Assembly: GCA_029860565.1 (NCBI GenBank) | Contig: JAOUAY010000001.1 | Location: 1-63,724 of the forward strand | Direction of reading: 5' to 3' | DNA from: Nitrosopumilus sp. | GTDB taxonomy: Archaea > Thermoproteota > Nitrososphaeria > Nitrososphaerales > Nitrosopumilaceae | DNA length: 63,724 nt | Shown: piece after piece, positions 1 to 10,169 of the stretch | Layout: every line of letters starts with the position of its first letter | Position numbering within the stretch: position 1 is the stretch's first letter | Translations under genes and position numbers: made by a program | Notes under the pieces: model-generated | Told to the model about the DNA's origin: nothing | Seen by the model: only the letters and a program-made list of their open reading frames with translations | The model's database searches: none

Positions 1-167
1 AATTAAAATCAAAGGGTGTCACAATATATCGTGACATTGTTGAAAAAGATGCAGGAAAAAATGCCGTAATTTTGGATCCTGATGGCTATCTTATTTCATT
101 GTTTGAACCAATCTTTGATGATAAAGATCAACAAACAGGCGGATATCAAGGATTCACACCAGCTTAG
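1..167 (+). CDS. VOC/glyoxalase family protein, 3' part (truncated by window start)
   Basis: Manual translation LKSKGVTIYRDIVEKDAGKNAVILDPDGYLISLFEP...; DPDG-x-x-I motif typical of the VOC fold. Confidence 0.65.
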   Translation, partial: LKSKGVTIYRDIVEKDAGKNAVILDPDGYLISLFEPIFDDKDQQTGGYQGFTPA

Positions 168-550
168 ATTATTTTTTTAATTAGAAGAATAATCTTATCT
201 AAGCCTTTTTCTTTTCTATTAATTGAAACGTAGTACGTAACATCATTTTTCTGCAAGATTAGAATCGTTACTTTTTGATGTTGTAAAAGCACATGTTCTA
301 ATTTTCCAATTGAATCAGCAGTGTCTTTTCTTAAAGACACTAATGTGGATAATATGAAAAATTCATTTTTTACCTGTTCTGATTTTAAAAGAGGTTTGAG
401 ATTTGGTCTGACCATCCCAGTCAGAGTCCTACCATGTGCATTTACAACTCCAGCATATCTGATACTATTTGATAATTTTAGAATACTTTGACATTGTTTT
501 CTGTATTTTATTACAGCATCTTTCCATTTTTCCGCGGGAGTTTTGATCAT
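164..550 (-). CDS. Thaumarchaeal roadblock-like hypothetical protein (DUF6659-like)
   Basis: ORF track; IRYAGVVN..G..L.G..RP pattern seen in this AOA family. Confidence 0.55.
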   Translation of the reverse strand: MIKTPAEKWKDAVIKYRKQCQSILKLSNSIRYAGVVNAHGRTLTGMVRPNLKPLLKSEQVKNEFFILSTLVSLRKDTADSIGKLEHVLLQHQKVTILILQKNDVTYYVSINRKEKGLDKIILLIKKII

Positions 551-618
551 GATAAAATCCTTTTTTTGAAATTAATAAGGATATTGAATGATTGTAATTT
601 TTAGAACTATGCTATAGT

Positions 619-990
619 TTATTTTGAATTAGATTCTTTTTGTAATTTTTTCTTTAATTCCAAATTTTCTTTTAATAATTTGTCATTTGTGGTTTGAAGC
701 GTTTCTACAGAATTTTGTCTAGTGTATAGTGGATGTCCAGGTGGAATGACTTTTGAATTCATTGATAGTAAACCTGATGCATATTGTTGATACATGTGTT
801 GAAATCCTTGAAGTTTTTGATTAATTGTCTCAGCATTTTGTAAAAATTGTTTTCTCATAGGATTTTCATTGATTTTAAACATGGCGTTTGGTAACCCTGG
901 TGGCAGTCTTGGAAATTGGAATGCCAAATGAGGAATATTTGGATTTAATCCATAAAGATCCTGCAGGTGTTTTATTACTAAATTATCCAC
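619..990 (-). CDS. Hypothetical protein with C-terminal coiled coil
   Basis: 123-aa ORF, ATG start. Confidence 0.6.
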   Translation of the reverse strand: MDNLVIKHLQDLYGLNPNIPHLAFQFPRLPPGLPNAMFKINENPMRKQFLQNAETINQKLQGFQHMYQQYASGLLSMNSKVIPPGHPLYTRQNSVETLQTTNDKLLKENLELKKKLQKESNSK

Positions 991-1127
991 AAATATGTCC
1001 CATATTTGCCATATTTGTGGCTTGCTTTAGTCATTTGATAAACTCTTTAGCTAATTCTGAGGAGTTTTAGCTCAATTTGAGCTGATCGGAGATCCTTATA
1101 GATTCGCAAATTTGATCGCTAGCACAT

Positions 1128-1274
1128 ATGGACAAATTAAAAAAAGCATGTCTAAAATGTAAAAAAGACATTCATAAAAAAGATCTGCATAAAATTGTAA
1201 TTTATGTTGTTCAAGAGAAATTTACTGAGCATTATTATGAACATGTAGAATGTCCTGACAAATTCACCATCTGA
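1128..1274 (+). CDS. 48-aa putative zinc-binding microprotein (CxxC...HxxC)
   Basis: Manual: MDKLKKACLKCKKDIHKKDLHKIVIYVVQEKFTEHYYEHVECPDKFTI. Confidence 0.65.
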   Translation: MDKLKKACLKCKKDIHKKDLHKIVIYVVQEKFTEHYYEHVECPDKFTI

Positions 1275-1290
1275 TAATGTAAGTTTTGAA

Positions 1291-2109
1291 TTAGCCTTTG
1301 AATTCAAATACATTATAAATTGCACCTGTTATTCTAGAACGATATTTCCACTCATCTTTCTTCCAAACGATTTTAGTAAAATCTTTTTGTGAATTTGGAT
1401 GAAGTCTTTGATATACATCATCTCCAATCAGGATTTGATTCGGCATTGCCATATTTTGTATTTTTGATGCAATGTTCATTGCGGGCCCCATTAAATCAAC
1501 ATGTGAATTTTCAACATCAGCACCATATCTTACAACAATGTTTTGCCCAAAATCAACACCAATCTTTACCATTAAATCGGGATAATCATATTGATTTAGA
1601 ATAGGATTAATTCCTTTTTGAATTACTGAAATCATTGATTTTGCACAACTTACAGCGTTATCAGATGCAAGTAATCCATTACCTTCTCCAACAAAATATC
1701 CGATTACAGCATCACCTACAAATTTTAAGACGTATCCATGATGCTGTCTAATTACTGCAGCCATCTCTTGTGAAAAGGAACTTACAATAATTGCAATTTT
1801 TTCTTCAGGCATTTCCAATGTCATAGTAGTTGAACCAACTAAATCAACATAGAGAACAACCATGTCTAATTTTGAAAAAACATGTTTTCTCAAAAATTCT
1901 TCTGATTCATTAATAACACCAGAATATTCATAGCCTTTTTTGAGAGCTCCCCAAACACGTTTTTGTGTTTCTAAAATCATAGTCTCTGAATCTAATGTTT
2001 TTTGTTTACTTTTGCTAAGTAACATATCTACAAGATAATTATTTTGATCGGATACATCCGATTCTTGTTCAGATTCCTTCTTTTCCTTATTTTCAGACAT
2101 CACAATCAC
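1291..2109 (-). CDS. Class III adenylate/guanylate cyclase domain protein
   Basis: VLYVDLVGST, KFVGDAV, KIGVDFG, DLMGPAMNIASKIQ motifs. Confidence 0.9.
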   Translation of the reverse strand: MIVMSENKEKKESEQESDVSDQNNYLVDMLLSKSKQKTLDSETMILETQKRVWGALKKGYEYSGVINESEEFLRKHVFSKLDMVVLYVDLVGSTTMTLEMPEEKIAIIVSSFSQEMAAVIRQHHGYVLKFVGDAVIGYFVGEGNGLLASDNAVSCAKSMISVIQKGINPILNQYDYPDLMVKIGVDFGQNIVVRYGADVENSHVDLMGPAMNIASKIQNMAMPNQILIGDDVYQRLHPNSQKDFTKIVWKKDEWKYRSRITGAIYNVFEFKG

Positions 2110-2110
2110 A

Positions 2111-2233
2111 TCATTCTAAGGGGAAATCCACTCCACATCTAGAGCATTTGCCTCTATTTCCATTATAGCCCTCGTGGTAGTATTCCTCAATATCTTCATT
2201 ACAATGATCACATGTGAGGTTGGATTTATTCAC
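2111..2233 (-). CDS. 40-aa zinc-ribbon microprotein
   Basis: Manual (GTG start): MNKSNLTCDHCNEDIEEYYHEGYNGNRGKCSRCGVDFPLE; two CxxC; stop 1 nt before the cyclase start. Confidence 0.7.
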   Translation of the reverse strand: MNKSNLTCDHCNEDIEEYYHEGYNGNRGKCSRCGVDFPLE

Positions 2234-2304
2234 AAGTAAAATTTTGATTTTGCCTATTTAGATATTGATGAAGGTTTAAGGAGAGGAATTATCGGCTATT
2301 TCTT

Positions 2305-3144
2305 GTGCGATTAGGTTCACGATCTTCCAATGAATTCATTCAGTTGTTAAATCAAAAAAATGAATCAATCCAAAAAGCATACCTTCCTAAAATGGTTGAT
2401 TTAACAAAAATGATTGACATCAAAGTCATGATGGGTGATTCAACCATTACCGAACAAAAAACATTTGATCCAAAATTAGTAATTAATTATTTCCAAAAAA
2501 TAAACAGTTCTCTGAAAGACTGGTCTTTACACGATGTATCTATTTCAAATAATCAAGATGTTAGAAGAATTTTTACAAAATTTGAAATAAGAGAAGAAAA
2601 TTATTTGATATCGGGACATTTATCGTTGCAATTCCATGTTCTGTTATATTACAAACCTGATCAACGCGTGATTGATACTCAAAAAGAATTATCGAAAATT
2701 GTAGATTTGACAAAAAATAAACAAGAACAACTTTCAGATAATAGTGATCAACTTGTTTTAAACAAATTAAAGGAGATGGGATACAAGGACTTTGACCATC
2801 AAAATCTATTTGAAGTATTTTATAAAAATGATGAATTCAGAGAAAAAGTTTTTGCAGAAATTCAAAAAGATTCTGGAGTGGATTTTCAAGAACTGACAGA
2901 AAGAAAAAACAAATTATTTGCAGAACTTGATTCTCTCTTACTTGAAACTTATCAAACATCATCTGTATTGATAGACGATCCTAGACTAGTTGCAGGTGAG
3001 GAAGGGTGTCTACTATCCTTAGATTTAGAATTTATTAAAAATAATAATCGTGAGGGATTATTTGATCCAAGAAAAATATCGCATTCAGTAAAAGAAAATA
3101 TTTTAAAACGTTTAGATGAGATTGAAGTAGTAATCAAATTATAA
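2305..3144 (+). CDS. Conserved hypothetical protein
   Basis: 279-aa ORF. Confidence 0.7.
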   Translation: MRLGSRSSNEFIQLLNQKNESIQKAYLPKMVDLTKMIDIKVMMGDSTITEQKTFDPKLVINYFQKINSSLKDWSLHDVSISNNQDVRRIFTKFEIREENYLISGHLSLQFHVLLYYKPDQRVIDTQKELSKIVDLTKNKQEQLSDNSDQLVLNKLKEMGYKDFDHQNLFEVFYKNDEFREKVFAEIQKDSGVDFQELTERKNKLFAELDSLLLETYQTSSVLIDDPRLVAGEEGCLLSLDLEFIKNNNREGLFDPRKISHSVKENILKRLDEIEVVIKL

Positions 3145-3327
3145 ATTTAAAACAAGAAACCAGAAGATGAATAATTTTCTCATTGGTGAGATCTAATTCC
3201 GAGATATAGGTTCAACTTCTTTTTTAGCTATTTATGAATTTGTGAAAATTCATGTATAAAATTTGACTAAAGGTGTAGTATTTAGATAGAAGAAAACAAA
3301 TACACCAAATCAATAGCATCATTTCCC

Positions 3328-4536
3328 ATGAACCCTACATACGATGAAATAGTAAAGGCAAATTCATTACGAGGAAATGAAATAAAGAAAACACCTCTCA
3401 TACATTCACCAACGTTTAGTGAACTAACAGGTTCGGATGTTTATCTGAAAGCAGAATTTCGACAAAAGACAGGTTCATTTAAAATTCGAGGAGCTTATTT
3501 TAAAATTAAATCACTATCAGATAAAGAAAAAAAACAAGGGGTGGTTGCAGCATCTGCAGGTAATCATGCACAAGGAGTTGCATTTGCATCATCATTAGAA
3601 AAAATTCAGTGTACCATAGTAATGCCAAAAAACGCATCACCTGCAAAAGTTGCAGCTACAAGAGGTTATGGTGCAAAAGTAATTTTGGAGGGAGTAAACT
3701 ATGATGAGTCATCTTCAAAAGCAAAAGCAATTGCAAAAGAAACCGGGGCTACTATGATACATGCTTTTGATGATCCTCAAATAATTGCAGCCCAAGGAGT
3801 AATTGGCATTGAAATTTTAGAGGATCTGCCAGACGTTGATGAAATTTATCTCCCAATAGGTGGAGGGGGATTAGCTGCCGGAACCTTAATTGCAATTAAG
3901 GAAAAAAATCCACAAGTCAGAGTTATCGGAGTTCAATCAAAATCATTCCCATCGATGCATGATTCAATAAAACAAGGATCCCCTACTGCAAGTGGAGGAG
4001 GTAGAACCATAGCAGATGGTATTTCAGTAAAAATTCCTGGACAATTGACATTTGCAGTGATCAAAGAACTCATAGATGAAATTGTTCTAGTTGACGATGT
4101 CGAAATTACAAAAGCAATGTTTTTGCTAATGGAGAGAATGAAGTTTGTAGTAGAACCTGCAGGTGCAGTAAGTTTAGCCTATTTGATATCTAAAAAACCA
4201 GCTATTGGAAAGAAGGTTGTACTAATTTTAGCCGGAGGAAATGTGGATATGTATCTTTTAGGACAGATAGTAGACAAAGGTCTTGCAGCAATGGGTCGTT
4301 TGTTAAAATTATCCATTTTACTACCCGATCGACCCGGAGCATTCAAAGAAATAGTTGATGAAATTACATTGGCCAATGCAAATATTGTAGAGGTAGTTCA
4401 TGACAGATTAAGCTCTCAAATCAATGCAGGTTCTGCAGGAGTTACGCTGAGTCTGGAAACCCAAGGAAGAGAACAGGCTGAATTACTAATAGAATCATTA
4501 AAGAAGAAAAATATTCAATTTACTTTATTGACTTGA
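3328..4536 (+). CDS. ilvA: Threonine ammonia-lyase (PLP-dependent, C-terminal ACT domain)
   Basis: QKTGSFKIRGA PLP lysine, SAGNHAQG, GGGGL, ACT-like LPDRPG. Confidence 0.92.
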   Translation: MNPTYDEIVKANSLRGNEIKKTPLIHSPTFSELTGSDVYLKAEFRQKTGSFKIRGAYFKIKSLSDKEKKQGVVAASAGNHAQGVAFASSLEKIQCTIVMPKNASPAKVAATRGYGAKVILEGVNYDESSSKAKAIAKETGATMIHAFDDPQIIAAQGVIGIEILEDLPDVDEIYLPIGGGGLAAGTLIAIKEKNPQVRVIGVQSKSFPSMHDSIKQGSPTASGGGRTIADGISVKIPGQLTFAVIKELIDEIVLVDDVEITKAMFLLMERMKFVVEPAGAVSLAYLISKKPAIGKKVVLILAGGNVDMYLLGQIVDKGLAAMGRLLKLSILLPDRPGAFKEIVDEITLANANIVEVVHDRLSSQINAGSAGVTLSLETQGREQAELLIESLKKKNIQFTLLT

Positions 4537-5104
4537 ATTTTTTTTTAACAAATTTTGAAAGTCCTTCTTTTTTTAATTGTTCAGATTCCTTCATAACTAA
4601 ATTATGTTGATTAGATTTGTGTTGTTTTAATTTCTTTTTTAAATCTTGGAATTCATTTGCAAGTATTTTCATGGCATAAATTCCAGCATTTCCTGCCTTG
4701 TTAACTCCTACAGATACAACAGGAGAACCAGAGGGCATTTCAGTGATTGATAATAATGAATCTAATCCACCAAATGCAGAAAATTTTGCGGTGTCTGATT
4801 TTTTTTGGTTTTTGTCATTATATACCAGTATAGGCACTCCAATAACAGGAATTATTGTGTGAGATGCAATCATCCCAGGTAAATGTGCAGCCCCTCCAGC
4901 TCCTGCAATTATTATTTTAAACCCCATTTCTTCAGCATGTTTAGCATATTCTGCTAATCGAGATGGAGTTCTATGTGCCGATACAATTTGATCTTCATGT
5001 TTGATTTTATACTCATCTAATATTTCTGATGCACCTTGCATAATTCTACTATCTGAACTAGATCCCATGATGATTCCAACCAGGGGTTTATTAGAATATG
5101 TCAT
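4520..5104 (-). CDS. purE: N5-CAIR mutase
   Basis: IMGSSSD, SAHRTP, AGAGGAAHLPG; start reset to MTYSNKP (ORF track extends to 5164). Confidence 0.95.
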   Translation of the reverse strand: MTYSNKPLVGIIMGSSSDSRIMQGASEILDEYKIKHEDQIVSAHRTPSRLAEYAKHAEEMGFKIIIAGAGGAAHLPGMIASHTIIPVIGVPILVYNDKNQKKSDTAKFSAFGGLDSLLSITEMPSGSPVVSVGVNKAGNAGIYAMKILANEFQDLKKKLKQHKSNQHNLVMKESEQLKKEGLSKFVKKKFKSIK

Positions 5105-5210
5105 AATAATAGGAAAAACTAGCGAGTAATTAACAATTCTATTACAAAAAATCCTATTGATCATTTAGCTTAGCATTAGATATTTTTAATCCAAAATCCT
5201 CAATTTTGTA

Positions 5211-6356
5211 ATGTCAAAGATTTTGGGAATTATCGGCGGTGGACAATTAGGAATGATGATTGCCGAAGCTGCAAAAAAAATGCCTGATGAAATTTCTGAA
5301 ATTATAGTATTAGATCCTACTGAAAACTGTCCAGCAGCCCAGGCTGGAGCCACACAAATTATTGCAGATTTTAAAGATAAAAATGCAATTATTGAACTTG
5401 CAAACAAATCAGACATAATTACCTATGAAATTGAATCAGGAGATAGTGATGTATTAAAATCAGTTCAAGATAAAGCTGAAATCAACCCTTCTCCTGAAAC
5501 ATTAAAAATTATTCAAGATAAATTTTTACAAAAATCATTTTTACGAGAAAATAAAATTCCTGTTCCAGAATTTATTGAAATAAAAAATATTGAAGATGTA
5601 AAAGAAGGAGTTAAAAAATTCGGCATTCCTGCCATGCTGAAAGCGCGAAGAGATGCATATGATGGACGAGGAAATTTCAAAATTAATTCTGAAGACGAAG
5701 TTCAAAAAGCATATGATTATTTTAAAGGACAGCCACTACTATTGGAAAAATTTGTGCCATTTAGTATGGAAGTTTCAGTTATTGCATCACGTAACACAAT
5801 AGGTCAAATCAAAACATACCCACTAGTTGAAAATATTCATCAAGAAAACATTCTGCGAGAAACTATTGCACCTGCCCGAGTTTCTGAGGACATATCAAAA
5901 AAAGCTGAAGAGATAGCAAAGAAAACAATGTCTGTGTTAAAAGGTGCAGGGATTTTTGGAATAGAGATGTTTGTAACTAAAGATGAAGATGTAGTGATTA
6001 ATGAAATAGCACCAAGGGTACACAATTCAGGTCACCATACATTACAATCAAGTAAAACATCTCAATTTGAACAACATTTACGAGCAATTCTTGGATTAGA
6101 ATTGGGCAGTACAGAATTAATTCATAATTCAATAATGTACAATATTTTGGGAGATAGTAGTTTTACAGGAGAGTATTTACCTCTGAATATATCTGAATCA
6201 GGGGTATTTTTGAAAATGTATGGTAAAAAAATTTCCAAACCTTCACGAAAATTAGGGCATGTCAATATTATCGGAATAAATAATGAATCAACAGATGAAT
6301 TATTAGAGAAATTACAATCACTAAAACCTAAAACAGTTACCAAGCCATCTGATTAG
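5211..6356 (+). CDS. purK: N5-CAIR synthase (ATP-grasp)
   Basis: GIIGGGQLG, YDGRG, NEIAPRVHNSGH, RKLGH; divergent from purE. Confidence 0.95.
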   Translation: MSKILGIIGGGQLGMMIAEAAKKMPDEISEIIVLDPTENCPAAQAGATQIIADFKDKNAIIELANKSDIITYEIESGDSDVLKSVQDKAEINPSPETLKIIQDKFLQKSFLRENKIPVPEFIEIKNIEDVKEGVKKFGIPAMLKARRDAYDGRGNFKINSEDEVQKAYDYFKGQPLLLEKFVPFSMEVSVIASRNTIGQIKTYPLVENIHQENILRETIAPARVSEDISKKAEEIAKKTMSVLKGAGIFGIEMFVTKDEDVVINEIAPRVHNSGHHTLQSSKTSQFEQHLRAILGLELGSTELIHNSIMYNILGDSSFTGEYLPLNISESGVFLKMYGKKISKPSRKLGHVNIIGINNESTDELLEKLQSLKPKTVTKPSD

Positions 6357-6365
6357 ATTTATTAA

Positions 6366-6776
6366 TTGATAAAAACAAAATTATTTGTGGCTTTAACCCC
6401 TGCATTAATCATTACAGGTATTGCAATTGTATTATTGGTAGTATATGGTATGGATGTAGTTGTAGGTTATAGTACTGATAGTGGAGAAGGATTCATTCCA
6501 TTTGATCATAAAACTAGAGGTATGGGATTAGGACTTCCTGCATTAATTTTACCAATTATAGCATATTTCATTTCTAGAAAAGAAGCATCAAAAGGTCTGG
6601 GAATCATGATAATTGTTGCAGGTATTTTGATCATTATAGGAGGCGCAGTTGTTATTGGAAGTGCAGAAGCTATGGAAGAAGCATCTGGAAGAAGCATACT
6701 CGCTGAAACAATTCCACTAATTATTGCAGGATTAGTCCAGATTGGATTAGGAATACTAAAAATTAAAAAATCTTAA
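6366..6776 (+). CDS. Membrane protein (about 4 TM)
   Basis: Four hydrophobic segments. Confidence 0.7.
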   Translation: MIKTKLFVALTPALIITGIAIVLLVVYGMDVVVGYSTDSGEGFIPFDHKTRGMGLGLPALILPIIAYFISRKEASKGLGIMIIVAGILIIIGGAVVIGSAEAMEEASGRSILAETIPLIIAGLVQIGLGILKIKKS

Positions 6777-6786
6777 TTGATTGAAG

Positions 6787-6912
6787 ATGCCAACTTGTGC
6801 AAAATGTGAAAACGATGTGAATAAAGTTTATGATTGTGATCATACGGATTTTGAAGAATATTGTGTAGAATGTTATACCGAGCTACATTACTATTTGACA
6901 GAGAGTGAATAA
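6787..6912 (+). CDS. 41-aa Cys/His-rich zinc-finger microprotein
   Basis: Manual: MPTCAKCENDVNKVYDCDHTDFEEYCVECYTELHYYLTESE; fills the gap between co-directional genes. Confidence 0.7.
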   Translation: MPTCAKCENDVNKVYDCDHTDFEEYCVECYTELHYYLTESE

Positions 6913-6916
6913 TTTT

Positions 6917-7165
6917 ATGTTGACAGATAAAGATATTGCAATTTACGCATTAGGGAAAACTGAAGGAGTTCATTCCATAGCTGAAACATTGGGAAAAGGT
7001 CTAGATGATGAAAAATACATTGAATCTTGGAATAAAACCATGAAATTATTGGGCATTGAGATGCCATTAAAAGAACTTGAAAAGATCTATAATGAATTTT
7101 CAAGAAAGATGGAAGAACTGGTAAATTCTGAAAACATAAAACCTGAAAAATCTACAACTAGTTAG
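6917..7165 (+). CDS. Hypothetical protein
   Basis: ORF track 6905..7165; ATG at 6917 preferred; abuts the next gene. Confidence 0.65.
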   Translation: MLTDKDIAIYALGKTEGVHSIAETLGKGLDDEKYIESWNKTMKLLGIEMPLKELEKIYNEFSRKMEELVNSENIKPEKSTTS

Positions 7166-7834
7166 ATGAAGGCAATTATTTTAGCAGGTGGTAGAGGTAA
7201 GAGATTAAGACCAATCACAGATTATGTCCCAAAACCCCTAGTTCCAATAAAGAATATACCAATAATTGAATGGCAATTAAAATATCTAAAAAAATTTGGA
7301 ATAGATGAAGTAATTATCTGTACAGGGTACAAACAAGAAATGATTGAAAACCATTTGAATATGAAAGACATTGGAATTAAAATTAAATTCTCTATTGAAA
7401 AATCACCTTTAGGTACTGGAGGCGCAATTAAAAAAGCAGGTAAGATGATCAAAGATAAATCATTTTTTGTGATTAATGGAGACACAATAACAAATATTGA
7501 TTTGAAAAAACTTGCAACAAAGAAAAATGTAATTGCTGCAATTGAACTAAGAACAAAATACGGAATTTTAGAAACAGATAATGACAAAATAATAAACTTT
7601 AAAGAGAAAAAAGAAATTTCAGATACATGGATGAATGCGGGAATTTACCATTTAGAAAAAGAAGTTCTAAAAGAACTTCCAAACAAAGGGGATATTGAGA
7701 AAACAGTATTTCCAGATTATGCAAAAAAAGGAATACTAAATACAGTAAAATTCAAAAATGCAAAATGGTATTCTGTGGATTCATTTAAAGACATGGAAGA
7801 ATGTTCATTGGAAGTAGAAAAAATAATAAAATAA
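7166..7834 (+). CDS. Sugar-phosphate nucleotidyltransferase (NTP_transferase)
   Basis: MKAIILAGGRGKRLRPIT..PKPL, LGTGGAI, NGD. Confidence 0.92.
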   Translation: MKAIILAGGRGKRLRPITDYVPKPLVPIKNIPIIEWQLKYLKKFGIDEVIICTGYKQEMIENHLNMKDIGIKIKFSIEKSPLGTGGAIKKAGKMIKDKSFFVINGDTITNIDLKKLATKKNVIAAIELRTKYGILETDNDKIINFKEKKEISDTWMNAGIYHLEKEVLKELPNKGDIEKTVFPDYAKKGILNTVKFKNAKWYSVDSFKDMEECSLEVEKIIK

Positions 7835-7845
7835 AATTTAAAATT

Positions 7846-7992
7846 TTATGCGCCAGTTCTGTGCAATGTAACCATGCAATATGCCATTTCTTCAACAAAG
7901 GGTTCATCTTTACTAATAGAAGCATATTTTGTTGCATTATCCCAAAATGTTGGTTTTTCAACATGTTTTTCTGAAAATATTCCTTGACTCAT
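7846..7992 (-). CDS. 48-aa hypothetical microprotein
   Basis: Manual: MSQGIFSEKHVEKPTFWDNATKYASISKDEPFVEEMAYCMVTLHRTGA. Confidence 0.45.
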   Translation of the reverse strand: MSQGIFSEKHVEKPTFWDNATKYASISKDEPFVEEMAYCMVTLHRTGA

Positions 7993-8092
7993 GATTGTAA
8001 TTATGATCTGATCTCATAATCTTCCGCCTCAATCAAAATTAACCTATTGCTAAAACAGATACACTAGAATATAGAAATGATGTACTATTTTC

Positions 8093-9058
8093 ATGCGTAT
8101 TGCATGTAGTTTAGGCTCACTTCTTTCAATAGATGAAGTATTGCAATGCTCAGAAATAATATCCAAAACCAATACTGATACAGTGTGGGTGCCAGAGACT
8201 TGGGGAATGGAGAACTTTTCCATGTTAGGTGCAGTTTCAACAAAAACCACCAATCAAAAAATAGGCTCATCAATAATTAACATATTTTCTAGAAGTCCAT
8301 CAACCATCGCAATGGGGGCTACCACTGTAGATTCGCTATCAAATGGTAGACTAATTCTCGGACTTGGAACTAGTAGTTTGCCAATAGTAGAATCATTTCA
8401 TGGATCTTCATTTGAAAAGCCATTACAAAGAATGAAAGAATATGTGGAAATAATTCGCCTTGTAACATCTGGAAAAAAAGTGAATTATGATGGAGATATT
8501 TTCAAATTAAGTAATTTTACATTACTAATTAAACCATTAAGAAATGAAATTCCAATTTATCTTGCTGCAATAAATCAGAAAATGGTTGATTTAGCATGGA
8601 ATATTGGAGACGGTGTGATTTTTTATCTTAGACCATTAAATGAAATGAAACAAACAATATCCAAAATGCAATCAAAGAAAAAAATTGATGTTACATGTCA
8701 GTTAATCACATGTGTTTCAGAAAATTCTGAAGTAGCAGTTGAACGTGCAAAGAAAACAGTGGCATTTTATATTTCTGTAGGGGATATTTACAGAAAGTTT
8801 TTGGCAAAAAATGGTTTTGAAAATGAAACATTTAATATTTTTGAAGAGTTTAAAAAATCAGGATTTAAATCAAATCATGAATTGGTATCAGATTCAATGC
8901 TTAACTCTCTTGCAATATCAGGCACTCCCGATGAATGTAAACAACAACTAACAAATTTTGTTGATGCAGGAATTGATCAACCAATTTTACAATTTAATCC
9001 AATAGGGGATACAATGGATTCATTTAGATTATTTGAGAAAACATTTTTGGATGAGTGA
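8093..9058 (+). CDS. LLM-class (luciferase-like, probably F420-dependent) oxidoreductase
   Basis: VWVPE, SRSP..IA..ATTVD.LS.GRLILGLGTS, PIYLAA, GTPDEC. Confidence 0.88.
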   Translation: MRIACSLGSLLSIDEVLQCSEIISKTNTDTVWVPETWGMENFSMLGAVSTKTTNQKIGSSIINIFSRSPSTIAMGATTVDSLSNGRLILGLGTSSLPIVESFHGSSFEKPLQRMKEYVEIIRLVTSGKKVNYDGDIFKLSNFTLLIKPLRNEIPIYLAAINQKMVDLAWNIGDGVIFYLRPLNEMKQTISKMQSKKKIDVTCQLITCVSENSEVAVERAKKTVAFYISVGDIYRKFLAKNGFENETFNIFEEFKKSGFKSNHELVSDSMLNSLAISGTPDECKQQLTNFVDAGIDQPILQFNPIGDTMDSFRLFEKTFLDE

Positions 9059-10169
9059 TATGAACAAAGTAGGAATTGTAGGGTATGGGATTACACCTTT
9101 TACCAAAGAAGATCAAAAAATTGAGTTTGTTTTATTAGATTCGGCAAAGGAACTTTTTAGAAATAATTCTCAAATTAATCGGGATGAGATTGATGCTGTA
9201 TTGGTATCCACAAATAACAATTCAAAATATCTTTCTCCAATTCTCTCAGAAATGACAGGAATTCAGCCAAAAATCGCTCATAGCATAGAGAGTTTATGTA
9301 ATTCAGGCACAAATTCTATCGTATCGGCATATTCCTACATTGTATCTGGCCTTGCAGATATGGTCTTGGTTACAGGAGCTGAAAGGTATGATAGTCCTGG
9401 GCAAATATTGGAATGGGATAACTCTCGTGGAGAATACAAACATCCAATTTTTTGGGCTTCAATATTTACCAAATCCTATAAACGAGAATTTTCAATTTCA
9501 GATGAACAGTTAGCAGTGGTTTCTGTAAAAAATCACAAACAAGCAAAAGAGAATCCAAATGCATTTTCTAACAAAACATACACAGTTGAAGATGTCATTA
9601 ATTCAAAAAAAATCACAGAGGATCTTAGATTATTGGATTGTTCAAGGCCATGTACTGGAAGTGCATCGATAATCTTGGCATCTGAAGAAAAGGCAAAACA
9701 ACTGACTGATAAACCAATTTGGATCACAGGAATTGGTCAAAAAACCACCTCGGCAGGTTTTACTAAAAACAGTTCATGTAGTTATATGGAATCGACCAAA
9801 TTAGCAAGTCAAACTGCACTAAAAATGTCAAATAAAAATTCTAAAGATATTGATGTAGCAGAAATACATGATGCATTTTCTGTTTGTGAACCAATGGAAT
9901 TAGAATCAATGGGATTTGCAATAGAAGGACATGGAATGGACATGATAAACGAATTACACAATACAAATAATTTTAAAATCAATCCTCGAGGAGGACTAAT
10001 TGGTTCTGGACATCCATTAGGTGCAACCGGAATTGCACAAACAATAGAGATCACACAACAACTTCAGTCAGACGCAGGTAAAAGACAAGTAGATAATCCT
10101 AATGTGGGACTAGTTCACAACATGTCAGCTGCGGCTACATCATCAACGGTGCTGGTTTTAGAGACATGA
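9051..10169 (+). CDS. Thiolase family protein (archaeal/SCP2-type)
   Basis: ESLCNSG, EIHDAF, NPRGGL..GHPLGATG. Confidence 0.9.
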   Translation: MSDMNKVGIVGYGITPFTKEDQKIEFVLLDSAKELFRNNSQINRDEIDAVLVSTNNNSKYLSPILSEMTGIQPKIAHSIESLCNSGTNSIVSAYSYIVSGLADMVLVTGAERYDSPGQILEWDNSRGEYKHPIFWASIFTKSYKREFSISDEQLAVVSVKNHKQAKENPNAFSNKTYTVEDVINSKKITEDLRLLDCSRPCTGSASIILASEEKAKQLTDKPIWITGIGQKTTSAGFTKNSSCSYMESTKLASQTALKMSNKNSKDIDVAEIHDAFSVCEPMELESMGFAIEGHGMDMINELHNTNNFKINPRGGLIGSGHPLGATGIAQTIEITQQLQSDAGKRQVDNPNVGLVHNMSAAATSSTVLVLET

